Shown here: piece by piece, positions 48,501 through 59,512 of the stretch
How positions within the stretch are numbered: position 1 is the stretch's first letter
How the letters are laid out: every line of letters begins with the position of its first letter
From: Azolla caroliniana
Taxonomy: Eukaryota > Plantae > Polypodiophyta
DNA length: 64,000 bases
Direction: 5' to 3'
Assembly: GCA_043228905.1 (NCBI GenBank)
Contig: JBHGNT010000017.1
Span: 2,790,001-2,854,000 of the forward strand
Notes under the pieces: model-generated
What the model was told of the DNA's origin: nothing
What the model saw: only the letters and a program-made list of their open reading frames with translations
Databases searched by the model: none
Made by a program: the position numbers and the translations under genes

Positions 48501-49310
48501 GATGAAGATCGCCTTACGCGCATGTTCAAAGAAAGTCCGATCACGACCCGACTGAGCAGACCACAAGAGCCTTTGAGCGATCAAAGCACATCACGGCCTA
48601 GCCCAACCCCTAAACCCTTCCTTTCGGAATACATAGATGATCGCTTCGACAACGATGAGTCGACTCACTCACTCGATAGTGAGTTCGGTGGTTTCGATCC
48701 ACCCGTGAAAAGAACCCCGTAAGCCGATTCGGCTACAACGATTATGTGGTGTACCATTACGCCTTTATGATGAAGGTAGTAACAATACGGGAGCCGAAAA
48801 CCTTTTCCAAAGAAGCGAAGGACCCGCGATGGATCAAAACAATGAATGAGGAGATGCAGGCACTATGGAAGAACGAGACATGGGATCTCGTTCCCACCTC
48901 ACCGCACAAAAAGGCGATCGGATGCAGATGGATCTACAAAGTGAAGTACAACGCCGACGGTTCCGTCAACCGCTACAAAGTGCGACTCGTAGCGAAAGGC
49001 TATGCACAAACGCATGCAGTTGACTACGAAGAGACCTTTGCCCCGGTGGCAAAGATGACTACGGTACGGACCGTAATTGTGCTTGATGCGGCGAAAGGGT
49101 GGCACCTCCATCAAATGGACGTCAAGAACGCCATTCTACAAGGTGAATTAGAAGAGGAGGTGTACATGATCCAACCACCCGGCTTCAACTCGAGCACCCA
49201 ACTGAAAGTTGTTTGCCAACTCAAGAAGCCTCTCTACGGCCTCAAGCAAGCACCGCATACTTGGCATTTGAAGATAACGCAATATCTTCATCAAATCGGC
49301 TTTCATATGT
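45555..49310 (+). mobile_element. Copia element X2 (same family as X1): LTR 45555-45876, gag, protease, integrase, RT start
   Basis: LTR and gag are near-identical to X1; KRQKLDPKS, YKVRLVAKGY, LYGLKQAP. Cut at 49310. Confidence 0.93.
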
Positions 49311-49864
49311 GGGTAAAAGCATGCGAGTGGAAACACTATTATAGCTAATTAGCTACTAAAATGGCCATAGCTAATTAGCTATTTGTTTAGCTAGTCTTTT
49401 TTGTGGGAAAATCAAATATTTGAAAAACTAATTTATGAAAAAACTCAAATATTTGAACTTCTGTTTCAGACGTAGTGGAACTTGGGGAATAGCACCATCA
49501 TCTAAGGTCGACTTCAATGTCATCAATTTCCTGTTTAGCCTAAGTTTGATTTTGAACGCAGATGGAGTACTCAGAGCACGAACGCAGATGTAGCTCCCGC
49601 AACAGCAGAAAATCGACATTGCAGATTGAGAGCTACAACACAGAACCCGCTCGATCATCGTCCAGGTATGTTTCAGTTACAGAAACCCCAAACATTTGTT
49701 TTTTCTTTTTGACTACTGTCTGAACTTTGGTGCCGATTCATATTTCCCCAAAATCGAATAGGGCGAAGTCCTTGGAGTCCTATACAAGGATGTCTCGCAA
49801 ATCGGCGAGTAGCAGCAGGTGTGTTTATATTACTTTTTTTGTGTTTAATCCTGTCTTTAGTGAT

Positions 49865-50260
49865 GATTGGGGTTTCTGATTAAAATTTCTGATTAGGGTT
49901 TTTGTTTATAAATTTTTGATTAGGGTTTGTGATTGAAATTTCTGATTAGGGTTTTTGATTATAAATTTCTGATTAGAATTTCTGATTAGAATTTCTGAAT
50001 AGGGTTTCTAGTTACAAATTTTGATTACAGATTAGAATTTCTGAATAGGGTTTTTGTTTATAAATTTCTGTTTAGGATTTCTAATTAGGGTTTGTGATTG
50101 AAATTTCTGATTAGGGTTTCTGATTGAAATTTCTGATTAGGGTTTTTGATTATAAATTTCTGAATAGGGTTTCTGGTTACAAACTTCTGATTACAGATTT
50201 TGATTAGGGTTTCTGATTTCAAATTTCTAAATACAAATTATGATTAGGGTTTCTGATTTG
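49865..50260. repeat. Degenerate TTTCTGATTAGGGTT repeat array (about 11 telo-box-like TAGGGTTT) in cargo intron
   Basis: Direct reading of the sequence. Confidence 0.9.
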
Positions 50261-51703
50261 CTAAGTTAAAGATTTTGCACCATTTTTGTTGTTGTGGATT
50301 GGGGTTTCTGATTCTCACATATTCTGATTTTGCACTATTTCTGATTTCTGAAATGATATTTCAGATGGCTCGTTCCTCCGTATATGAGAGTGCTAAACTT
50401 CGCAAAATTTTGCGAGACAAAGGAGGACTTCCACAACACCTATGGTCTGTCACTCGAGGGTGTTGACCCTGTTGTCCTAAGTGATAAATTGATCAATGAT
50501 GTAGACTGGATGACAGTATATACAATGCCTAGAGTCAAAGGCAAGGTCAAGCTGAAGCATGTACGAGCCGACTTGTACGATGACTGCATGAGGCTGCACC
50601 AGAAAGTTCATCAGGAGATCCCAGTCAACAATGAGTTGTCAGTTTCATTTGCTAGAGCATTTGCATATGAGTACTGCAAAACAACGAAGGAATCCAGAGA
50701 CCCTGAAATGTATAGGGTTGCTTGGGCAGTCTATGGTGAGGCATCAGTAAAAAGATGCTGAAAGATGGGGACCTTGGCACAAAAAATAGACAGATTTTGG
50801 AGCATGGCAGCTGTTGATGCAACTGCCGACTCCCAACAAGACCGGGGGCATACACCACACCGACACCCAAGGAAAGCCAATGTCGATGATACAGATGAGA
50901 CATTGGTTAGCTATATGCTAAAAAATGTCCATGAAGCCTGTGAGACATTGGCATTTTTTAAGACTGATTTAGAGAAAGCCACAATGGCTTCTGCAATGGA
51001 GAGCAAAGTTACTTCCGTTGTTACAACGATTAGAAATAAGATTCAGGTAACTATTGTTTTGCTGGTATGTGATTGTGTTATAAATAACTTTAAGGGTAAA
51101 ATGTGCTAATCAAGCATTATCTGGAATAGGTTGCGCAACAGGAGCTTGAATTAGAGGGGCCACTGGATCCCCAGCGTAAAATACAACTGCAAATAGAGAT
51201 CAAGGTTCTTTCAATGAACTTGGACCTTCTAGGTGTAAATACTGTTGCAGATTACAATTTAGATAAGCTTCAAGTAAGTTAACGATTCCTGAGCAAAGTT
51301 GGTGTATCTTTCAACAACAGGAATAATTAATCGGTAAATTTCTCTATTGCGTTGAAGGAACAATACATTCATCAAGAATAGGTAGTGAGCTGCCTTAAGA
51401 AGCAGTTACATTTTGTGGAGGGAATGGTAAGGACCAGACAGGATTTGGACCTGAACATTCTTGCTCCCTTACCAAATGAAGCAGAACCAGAAAATGATTT
51501 ATTGACAGTTGAAGCACGTTGCATCGCTTGCGGGTTAGGTGTGGAGGACAAAACTGCGTCTTTGTTGGTTCACCTACAACCATGCAACCACACATACCAT
51601 CTGCTTTGTTTTCAACATGCCTGTCGAATTGTTGCATTCTGTTTGGGAGATTGCAGTACAGCTCTACCAAATGAATGGAGAAAACTAACAGGTATACCAT
51701 ATT

Positions 51704-53010
51704 GTAGCTAATAAGCTTAGTCTTTTCTAATTAGCTAAGCCGTAAAAAGTATGGAAACTATTTTGCTACTATCGTTGTAGCTAATTAGCTACTACCATAG
51801 TTGATTAAAGCAGCTAATAGCTATCCTATTAGTTAATTAGCTACTGCCATAGTTTACTACAGTAGTTAATTAGCTAAGTGGCAACTAGTTAGCTACTAGC
51901 TAATTAGCTATCCTACTGGCAGCTAATTAGCTAATGCCAGCTAGTTAGGTACTCATAGCTAATTAGCTAGCACCATAGTTGTGTAAAGTAGCTAATTAGC
52001 TACTGGCAACTAATGAGCTACTAGCTAATAAGCTATCCTAGTAGCTAATTAGCTATGGTACTAGCTAATTAGCTAGTACCATAGTTGTGTAAAAAAGCTA
52101 ATTAGCTATCCTACTAGCTAATTAGCTACTGGCAACTAATTAGCTATCCTAGTAGCTAATTAGCTATCCTACTAGCTAATTAGCTATTGCCATAGTTGTG
52201 TAAAGTAGCTAATTAGCTACTAGCAGCTAATTAGCTATCCTAGTAGCTAATTAGCTATGGTACTAGCTAATTAGCTAGTACCATAGTTGTATAAAAAAGC
52301 TAATTAGCTATCCTAGTAGCTAATTAGCTACTGGCAACTAATTAGCTATCCTACTAGCTAATTAGCTATCCTAGTAGCTAATTAGCTACTGGCAACTAAT
52401 TAGCTATCCTACTAGCTAATTAGTTATCATAGTAGCTAATTAGCTACTGCCATAGTTGTGTAAAGTAGCTAATAAGCTATCCTAGTAGCTAATTAGCTAT
52501 CCTAGTAGCTAATAAGCTATCCTAGCTACTACATAGTTGAGAAAGTAGCTAATGAGCTATCATTGTAGCTAATTAGCTATCCTAGCTACTACCATAGTTA
52601 GTAAAGTAGCTAATTAGCTATCCTAGCTACTACCATAGTTAGTAAAGTAGCTAATTAGCTATCCTAGCTACTACCATAGTTGAGTAAAGTAGCTAATTAG
52701 CTACCATAGTAGCTAATTCACTATCCTAGCTACTACCATAGTTGAGTAAAGTAGCTAATTAGCTACCATAGTAGCTAATTCGCTATCCTAGCTACTACCG
52801 TAGTTGAGTAAAGTAGCTAATTAGCTACCATAGTAGCTAATTCGCTATCCTAGCTACTACCATAGTTGAGTAAAGTAGCTAATTAGCTATCGTACTAGCT
52901 AATTAGCTATCCTAATTAGCTATCATACTAGCTAATTAGCTATTGTACTAGCTAATTAGCTATCCTAGCTTCTACCATAGTTTAGTAAAGTAGCTAATTA
53001 GCTATCCTAA
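51704..53010. repeat. ~1.3-kb array of the palindrome TAGCTAATTAGCTA in cargo intron
   Basis: Dozens of copies with higher-order units. The motif also occurs at 49342-49395 and 54950-55020. Confidence 0.97.
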
Positions 53011-53737
53011 ATACCTGCCATGTTATTGTAGAATCTTGTAGATTAAGGACGGCACATGATGTGTCTGGTGCTGATGACGCTGCAACAGATGAGGATACTG
53101 CTGCCAACGTGGCTGAAAGTAAGAGTCCTGCTATCACATCTCCTTTAGATCAGCTCCACCCTATTCTTTTGGAACAGTGTACTGAATTAGGCAACGATGT
53201 GAAATGCCATGAAATAGTGGAAACAATATGTAAAACTGAGGTTCACAACAACAGTGTTTATGAACACTTGATGCAACATTTCTTTGAATCTCAAGACCTT
53301 GATTCCACCCCACCGAGCCCAACTACTGAAAATGTCCAAACAGATCCCTTTGTACTTGAAAAGCTAGTTCAAGAAACGGTTGATGTGCAATTAGCTGTTG
53401 AGGCGATGGGAAGGTTGTCGGAGGAGGACACACTTGCGCATTGGGTGAAAGAAGCAAGGCTAAATGGGGAACCGACCAGAAAAAGGCTGAAGAAGGGGCC
53501 GCGATCGGGAACAAGACCAGTTACTCGGTCAAGGGGCCCAGACGTAGTGGAGCGAAATACTGTTTAGTTGGATATGATTGTTAGCTTAGGGATTTTGCTA
53601 GGGTTTTATGAAGTTTTACTATCCTATTGGACAAGTAAAACCTCAGATTGGTTGTTGCTTGATCCACATTATGTAATGGAACTCTATGATGTTTTTCCAA
53701 GATAATTTGAAGAGTGTTGTTCTATGACTGAAACTCT

Positions 53738-54832
53738 TTGATGTTCAAGATGTTGTTTTGTGAGACTGTTAGTTACTTTGTGAGTGTGAATATGTTGGTG
53801 TTTTCTGATGTTGTAGAGTCTAAAGGGTTTGATTCTATTGCTCGTAAGGCCAATGGCAGTGTGGATACTGTTGATGTTACGGCATGTTTAAAGCGCTCCA
53901 TCTTGAAAGTAGATGTAGCAACTGACACAAGTGATCTGGTCACACAAGTTGATCAAGCATGTTGCACGGATGACTTGGTGTTGCAGGTAGATGCAGCATG
54001 TAGCACGGATGACTTGGTGTCGCAGGTAGATGCAGCATGTGATACCAGTGGACTGATATCGAGTAGATCAGTAGCTACATGCACCGAGGTAATCCAAGGA
54101 TTGATAACTAAGTCAACAAAACAAGAGCACTAGAATGTGAAGCCAGGCCCAACACAGTCGACTAGGGGTTTGAAGAGGAAAAGGACGCCAGTTGTGTCGG
54201 CCGAACCTGAGCTGATTGAGATTGATCGTATCCTACCAGAAAATGGTGTAACAACGGCTCAGTTTCAGGAATGGAAACCTAAAACACTAGAAGTCGAAAG
54301 AAGAGCCTTGATCTTGGAGCTTGATAAAGTCTTGATGAGTGTGAGATATATGCAGCCAAGGAGGGACGCGAATCAGTTTCTAGAGTGGGTTGTGCAATAC
54401 TTTGATTTGTTTATTTGGAGTGAAAAACCAAAATCAGATGTGTGGAAGTGTTTAACAAGATTCTTCCCAAAATGGCGAAGTCGTTTTAAAGGTCAATGGG
54501 CACGAGAAAATTGTGAGAAAATGGAAGCTGCAAGATTTAAGAGACTTTCTGATTTTTGGGCTACTTGGCCTGAATATAATGCTGACGATACATTGATTTT
54601 GGATACAGAACATTTCCGGCACTACTTCAATATTCGGAGATGCTGTCTCATTCTACCCGAGGAAATGCTTGAACAGTACCTGGTGCAAACAGTGAGCTGC
54701 CAACTAGGTGCATGGTTGTGGACTCCATACCGAGCTCAATATGCGGATAGTATATGTAGACTCGTTCCACTGACTAGCAAGAGCTTAGCTGTTTATAGGA
54801 GATTTGTAGACATTTCCAATGGTAATTTATAA
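53738..54832 (+). pseudogene. Cargo ORF: 13-aa repeats (QVDAACSTDDLVx) plus degenerate NIF/FCP1-like HAD phosphatase
   Basis: RALILELDKVL (DxDxT position), FLEWVVQYFDLFIWS, FKRLSDFW..YNADDTLILD. In-frame TAG at 54131 separates two same-frame ORFs. Confidence 0.6.
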
Positions 54833-55522
54833 ATATGTAAAGAGATGACATTATTCAATGAAGAATTTAATTACTTGTTCCCATTGTACTTATCTACTGT
54901 GTAATTTGAGGAATATGTTGTAGATTGTTGATTTCATGCTATTGATGACTATTTAGCTATTGACAGCTAATTAGCTGCATTTGTACAGCTAATTAGCTAC
55001 TAATGACTATTTCGCTATAACTTATAACTTAAAACTTAACAAAAAACACATGATTTTATTGAGAAAGAAGTATAGAAAGCAGACTGTATACAAGAAATTG
55101 ATTCTCAAACAAATTTATTTAACTGTTTTCGCGAAATACATGTTTGTTTTACAAGAGAACATGGTAAGTGCTACTTGTAGCTACAAATTCCATGGCATAC
55201 TATTGTAAATACATTCATACACATTATCACCAACAGTGTATAAACCTGAGCAGCTATTGTATTCTGACATTGGGACGTTGATGCACCTGACCAAATGAGA
55301 GTACATGTACGCCGCTGGTTTGTCTTCTAACAGCCTGTACACATATTCGTAGTCATCTAGTTTTGCATAAAAAATGCCTTTGATGTAGAATGTCCCGGTA
55401 GATACAAAATTTCCCCATGCATCTACAATAACCGTGCACTTCAATATATAGAAATCAACATCCTCTGAATTGCCTTCTTCAGCATTTACAACGAAGTTAT
55501 CCCCAACATTCAGGACATCACT

Positions 55523-55947
55523 GAGATTATGGTCTAATCAATGTATGGCTGTTCTGAGTTTCAGCTTGAAGAAGACTACGGCCAAGAAGTAGCAGATTAC
55601 CTCAATGGCTTGATTGGAGAGAGCAGTTTTGTATTACCTAAGTTGTACAAAAGGACATTCACAAAGGAAAATTAAAGGCCAAGGAACGGGAACAGCTATT
55701 GGACAACCAGGAATTTGTTTATAGGTTGAATATGGGTATACTAAAGAGCTTCAGTATATGTGGAATCACATTCAGCCAACGTTGGCTGCAACATGATGTT
55801 TTTTAGAGGCCATAACAAATGCCATCTTTATTTGGTCCCTGTTTTTACGATATATACTTATGGAGTGGAAACTATTATGTACAATTTGTAGATTGCCTTT
55901 GGCATTGTTAATTTTAATACCAATGGAGCATATTTTTTATGGAAAAA
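55523..55947 (+). mobile_element. Retroposed insert (TPRT-type) with 18-bp TSD
   Basis: AACATTCAGGACATCACT at 55505-55522 and 55948-55965, with an A-run at the 3' end. Removal restores the transposase frame GDTLSDVLNVGDNF. Confidence 0.8.
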
Positions 55948-57502
55948 AACATTCAGGACATCACTCAAAGTATCTCCAAGTCCCTCATATGTGAAGTCAG
56001 CATTCTGCCTTGTTTCTCCATCAACTGCTTCCTTATCATTCAGAGTGTGATACTCCCAATTCTGAATGTATGCTTTGTTTAGACAATATCTTCAATTTCC
56101 TTGCACACAATGGAAGCAAAAACAAGTCAATTCTCTAACCGCAATACAATGACCATCCAACCTAGAATAACCGCGAACAACATGCAGAGATCGCAATTCG
56201 GGAATTCCTTGGCACTCCTAGGTCTTCTCCCTATTTACTTCATCTATCTTCACTTCCCAAAATTCAAGGGTGAATAAACACATGTTGCACTCGTTGACAT
56301 ATTTGTTCTTAAAAATTCAACTACATGTGATGCACAATTCATGTGCACACCATCTGTCTTTAGTTGTTCATGGGTAAGTGCCCGCTTTATAACAGCCCCT
56401 GCACCATCATGTTCACCTTTACCATGGCCAGACCCAAAAAAATTCCATCTCATCTCCAAACCTGTTATAGCAGGATACCTCCCCACAAAATAAAATAGAC
56501 GTCGAGCCTTGAATTGTGACGCAACTCCGTCAGACCAGACCCAATGTTGAGTAAGCTCCAAATGTTGAGCTAATAACCACTGCCAATGTAACTTAAAACA
56601 GTGTTGGACGAACAAGGTATCATGCTTCTTATCATCGGAAATAAAGAAATGAATTACTTTTTTAACATCACCTGAAACTCGAAAATATGTTATGTGCACA
56701 AAAATGGTTACCTGAACTGAACACCAATGCATAGATTGAATTTCATTCTGCTGCTTGAAAGTATAATTCTCTGCGAAATCTACTACTGAGACTACTACAT
56801 CATTTGGGAAATCAGATATGCAAGTCTTAAACTGATGGGCCTGCCATGAATAAATGAAGTTGTGTTTAATGAACTTTCCTAGAGATACTACAAATAGAGA
56901 CACCAAATCCCTTGGTTTAAGCATCTTCCGAACTAGATCCTTTCTTTTACACACCTTCGAAATTGGTGTTCACTGACTCAAAGAACTTCACAGAGATCAA
57001 TATTTCACTACTCAATTCATTTGGACACCACCTAAATCTAGTAGGGCCACAATCTTGACATAAACCCATGACACATTTATGAATATGGAAGATAGCGTTA
57101 GTTTCTCTCGGACACAATATTGAATCTAATAAATAACTCATGGAAGAGATAACGGGCTCAGATGATTTACACTCCTCTTGCAGGCTTGATCAACAGATTG
57201 GGCACCCACTGTCATGATATGGCAAGACTTGAACCCATGACCTTATGCTACATGGGTCAAGCTCTTGACCATTAGACTATACATTGTAATACGTAGAATA
57301 TTATTTTCATTTATGTTTTATTATAGAAAATTGATGTATATTCCAGATTTCTCTGGAACGTTCTAGAAACTTCAGGAGTATTCCTTAGAACACTATAAAA
57401 GGAGGGACAAGGCATTATTTCAAACCAAATCGGTTCAATGCCAGTTTTAAGCCTCCTAGCTATTGTACATTTTCTTCACATAATATATATCCTTTCTTAT
57501 CA

Positions 57503-57546
<44 letters not shown>

Positions 57547-57968
57547 CCTCCCTCTGACTCACTCTTTCCTTCTCTCGAGAGTTCTTCACCTCTCTTAGTA
57601 CTAATACTTCTTTTAGTACAAATTCCTTCTCTGTCTTAGTATTGTTCCTGACAGTTTGAACCGATTTCCCCTACCTTCTGTCTCTCTCATTTCCTACTAA
57701 TCTCTTATTCCTCTTTTCTTTCATCCCATGGCCAGTGTTAGCGCTGAAGAATATCAATCTGTTTTCTCGGAATTTCAATGCTTGAAAGAGAAGTTCCATG
57801 CTTTGGAACAAGAAAACCAACGGTTGCTGGGGGATCTTCAACAAATCTCCTTAGAAAAGCAGCAAACGCAACAACAACATGGGGAACTTGCGTTACGCGT
57901 GCAACAACTCGAAGCAACCATCGTAGCGATGCAACAACAAGGGCCCGGAACACAAGGGATTCATAAAG

Positions 57969-58673
57969 TGACAGGAACCCGACGTTCCTTATGCGCGACG
58001 CTCGGCCACAACTGAGCGTAGAATGATACACAGGAAACGGGAAATAAAACACGACACAAAGGAGAGGAAGATACACAGGAGGTTTACGTGGAAAACCCAA
58101 AGAGGGAAAAACCACGGCAGCCCACAGGCTGCAAACTGTCACTATGTGAGAATGTACAACAGTGAGTTCACTGAGGCAACGACCTCGTTCTCACAGATCT
58201 TCGCCACACACGGTGGTTACAATAGAGGCAACGACCTCTTTCTCTCTCTCTCTCTCTGTACACTATTATGTGCTCTCTCTTCTTCTTGCACCAACAAGGA
58301 AGAATGACAACAACAACAACCTTCTCTAAAAGTTTGCCCTAAGTCATATTTATACTAATATGACTTTTCGGCTATTTACAAATGTAGCCTCGATGGGCTC
58401 TAAGAAACATATTTACGAGTATGTCTCTTCATCCGGTTCTCACCGGGTCTGTACCATCCGGCTCTCCGCAGCCGGGTACTCCTCATCCGGTTCATACCGG
58501 GCCTGCACCATCCAGCTCTCCGTAGCCGGGTACTCCTCATCCGGTTCATACCGGGCCTGCACCATCCGGCTCTCCGTAGCCGGGTACTCCTCATACCGTT
58601 TCGGCCTCGGCCGAGTTTTGTTCTTCGGCACTGTTCTTCTTCCTTCCCATCCGGAGGGACCTGTCTCCCAACA
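57969..58673 (-). mobile_element. Solo LTR, family A, inserted in chromovirus gag
   Basis: TG...CA ends and TSD TAAAG. Removal restores TQGIHKEPKIGLP. Confidence 0.93.
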
Positions 58674-59325
58674 TAAAGAACCCAAGATTGGCCTTCCCAC
58701 AAAGTTCGATGGAACGCGATCGCAATTTAGAGGGTTCCTTAACTAGGTACGATTAGTTATTCAAATGCATCCTTCCCGATATCCCACCGATGCATCACGA
58801 GTGGGTTTAGTAGGCACTTTGTTAAGTGGCTCCGCGTTGGCATGGTTCGCTCCACTATTAGAAAAGGAATCTCCGTTACTCAACAATTTTGAAGAGTTTT
58901 TAGGTGAGTTTAAAGCATGTTTCGGAGATACTGATAGCATCAGGACCGCAATCAACAAAATTCGGCGATTACGCCAAGGTGACCGTCCAGCCTCCGCATA
59001 CGCTGCAGATTTTCGCCTACTCGCCGCCGATATCCCTTGGGATGATCAAGCGTTGATGGAGCAATTCCATTATGGTTTACGCAACGACGTCAAGGATTTA
59101 CTCTTGACCTTCCCCGAAGAGCCAAAGTCCTTAACAGAAGCAATCAGTTGCGCGGTGAGATGTGACAACAGCCTCTTTGAGTGACGTTCGGAACGACAAC
59201 TACAGATGCCGAGGGCAAGATCAGAGCCCACCTACGCCTCAGTGGTAGCAAGACCTTTTCTGAGGGAGTCATATAATGCGCCTCAAGCGAATACTCCGAC
59301 TCCGATGGAGATTGACACTACACGT

Positions 59326-59512
59326 TGTCGTGCCTTTCGGCTCCGGATCGTTTGCGTGAGTCGGGTGGGAACCACCGGGGTTTTGGACTAGGAGAAAAGA
59401 AAAAGACAAATAAGGCTAGTAAAGAATAGGTATAAAGAGTTATAAGATAAGAATCTCGTGAATCCCACGAGTTTAGTACTTTTTCACTTAGTGTACGAAA
59501 TACACTACGACA
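59326..59512 (-). mobile_element. 187-bp miniature solo LTR of the 4-bp-TSD group, in chromovirus gag
   Basis: TGTCGT...ACGACA ends, TSD ACGT/ACGT and motif GGGAACCACCGGGGTTTTGGAC. Removal restores IDTTRRRGPLSKEEK. Confidence 0.9.

Larger units (their letters stand above)
49790..53567 (+). pseudogene. Spliced cargo gene with coiled-coil and RING-H2-like finger; exons 49790-49818, 50365-51046, 51130-51273, 51358-51691, 53032-53567
   Basis: GT-AG junctions join in phase. RING-like CIAC..PCNHTYHLLC..CLGDC. Premature stops at 50759 (TGA) and 51379 (TAG). Confidence 0.7.

Noticed and set aside
49865-50260. Interstitial telomere
   Set aside because: TTAGGG occurs singly within longer units, not as tandem TTTAGGG or TTAGGG.
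57219-57283. Functional tRNA gene (also 12958-13020)
   Set aside because: A and B boxes are present but I could not build a convincing acceptor stem or cloverleaf, and both lie within LTRs.
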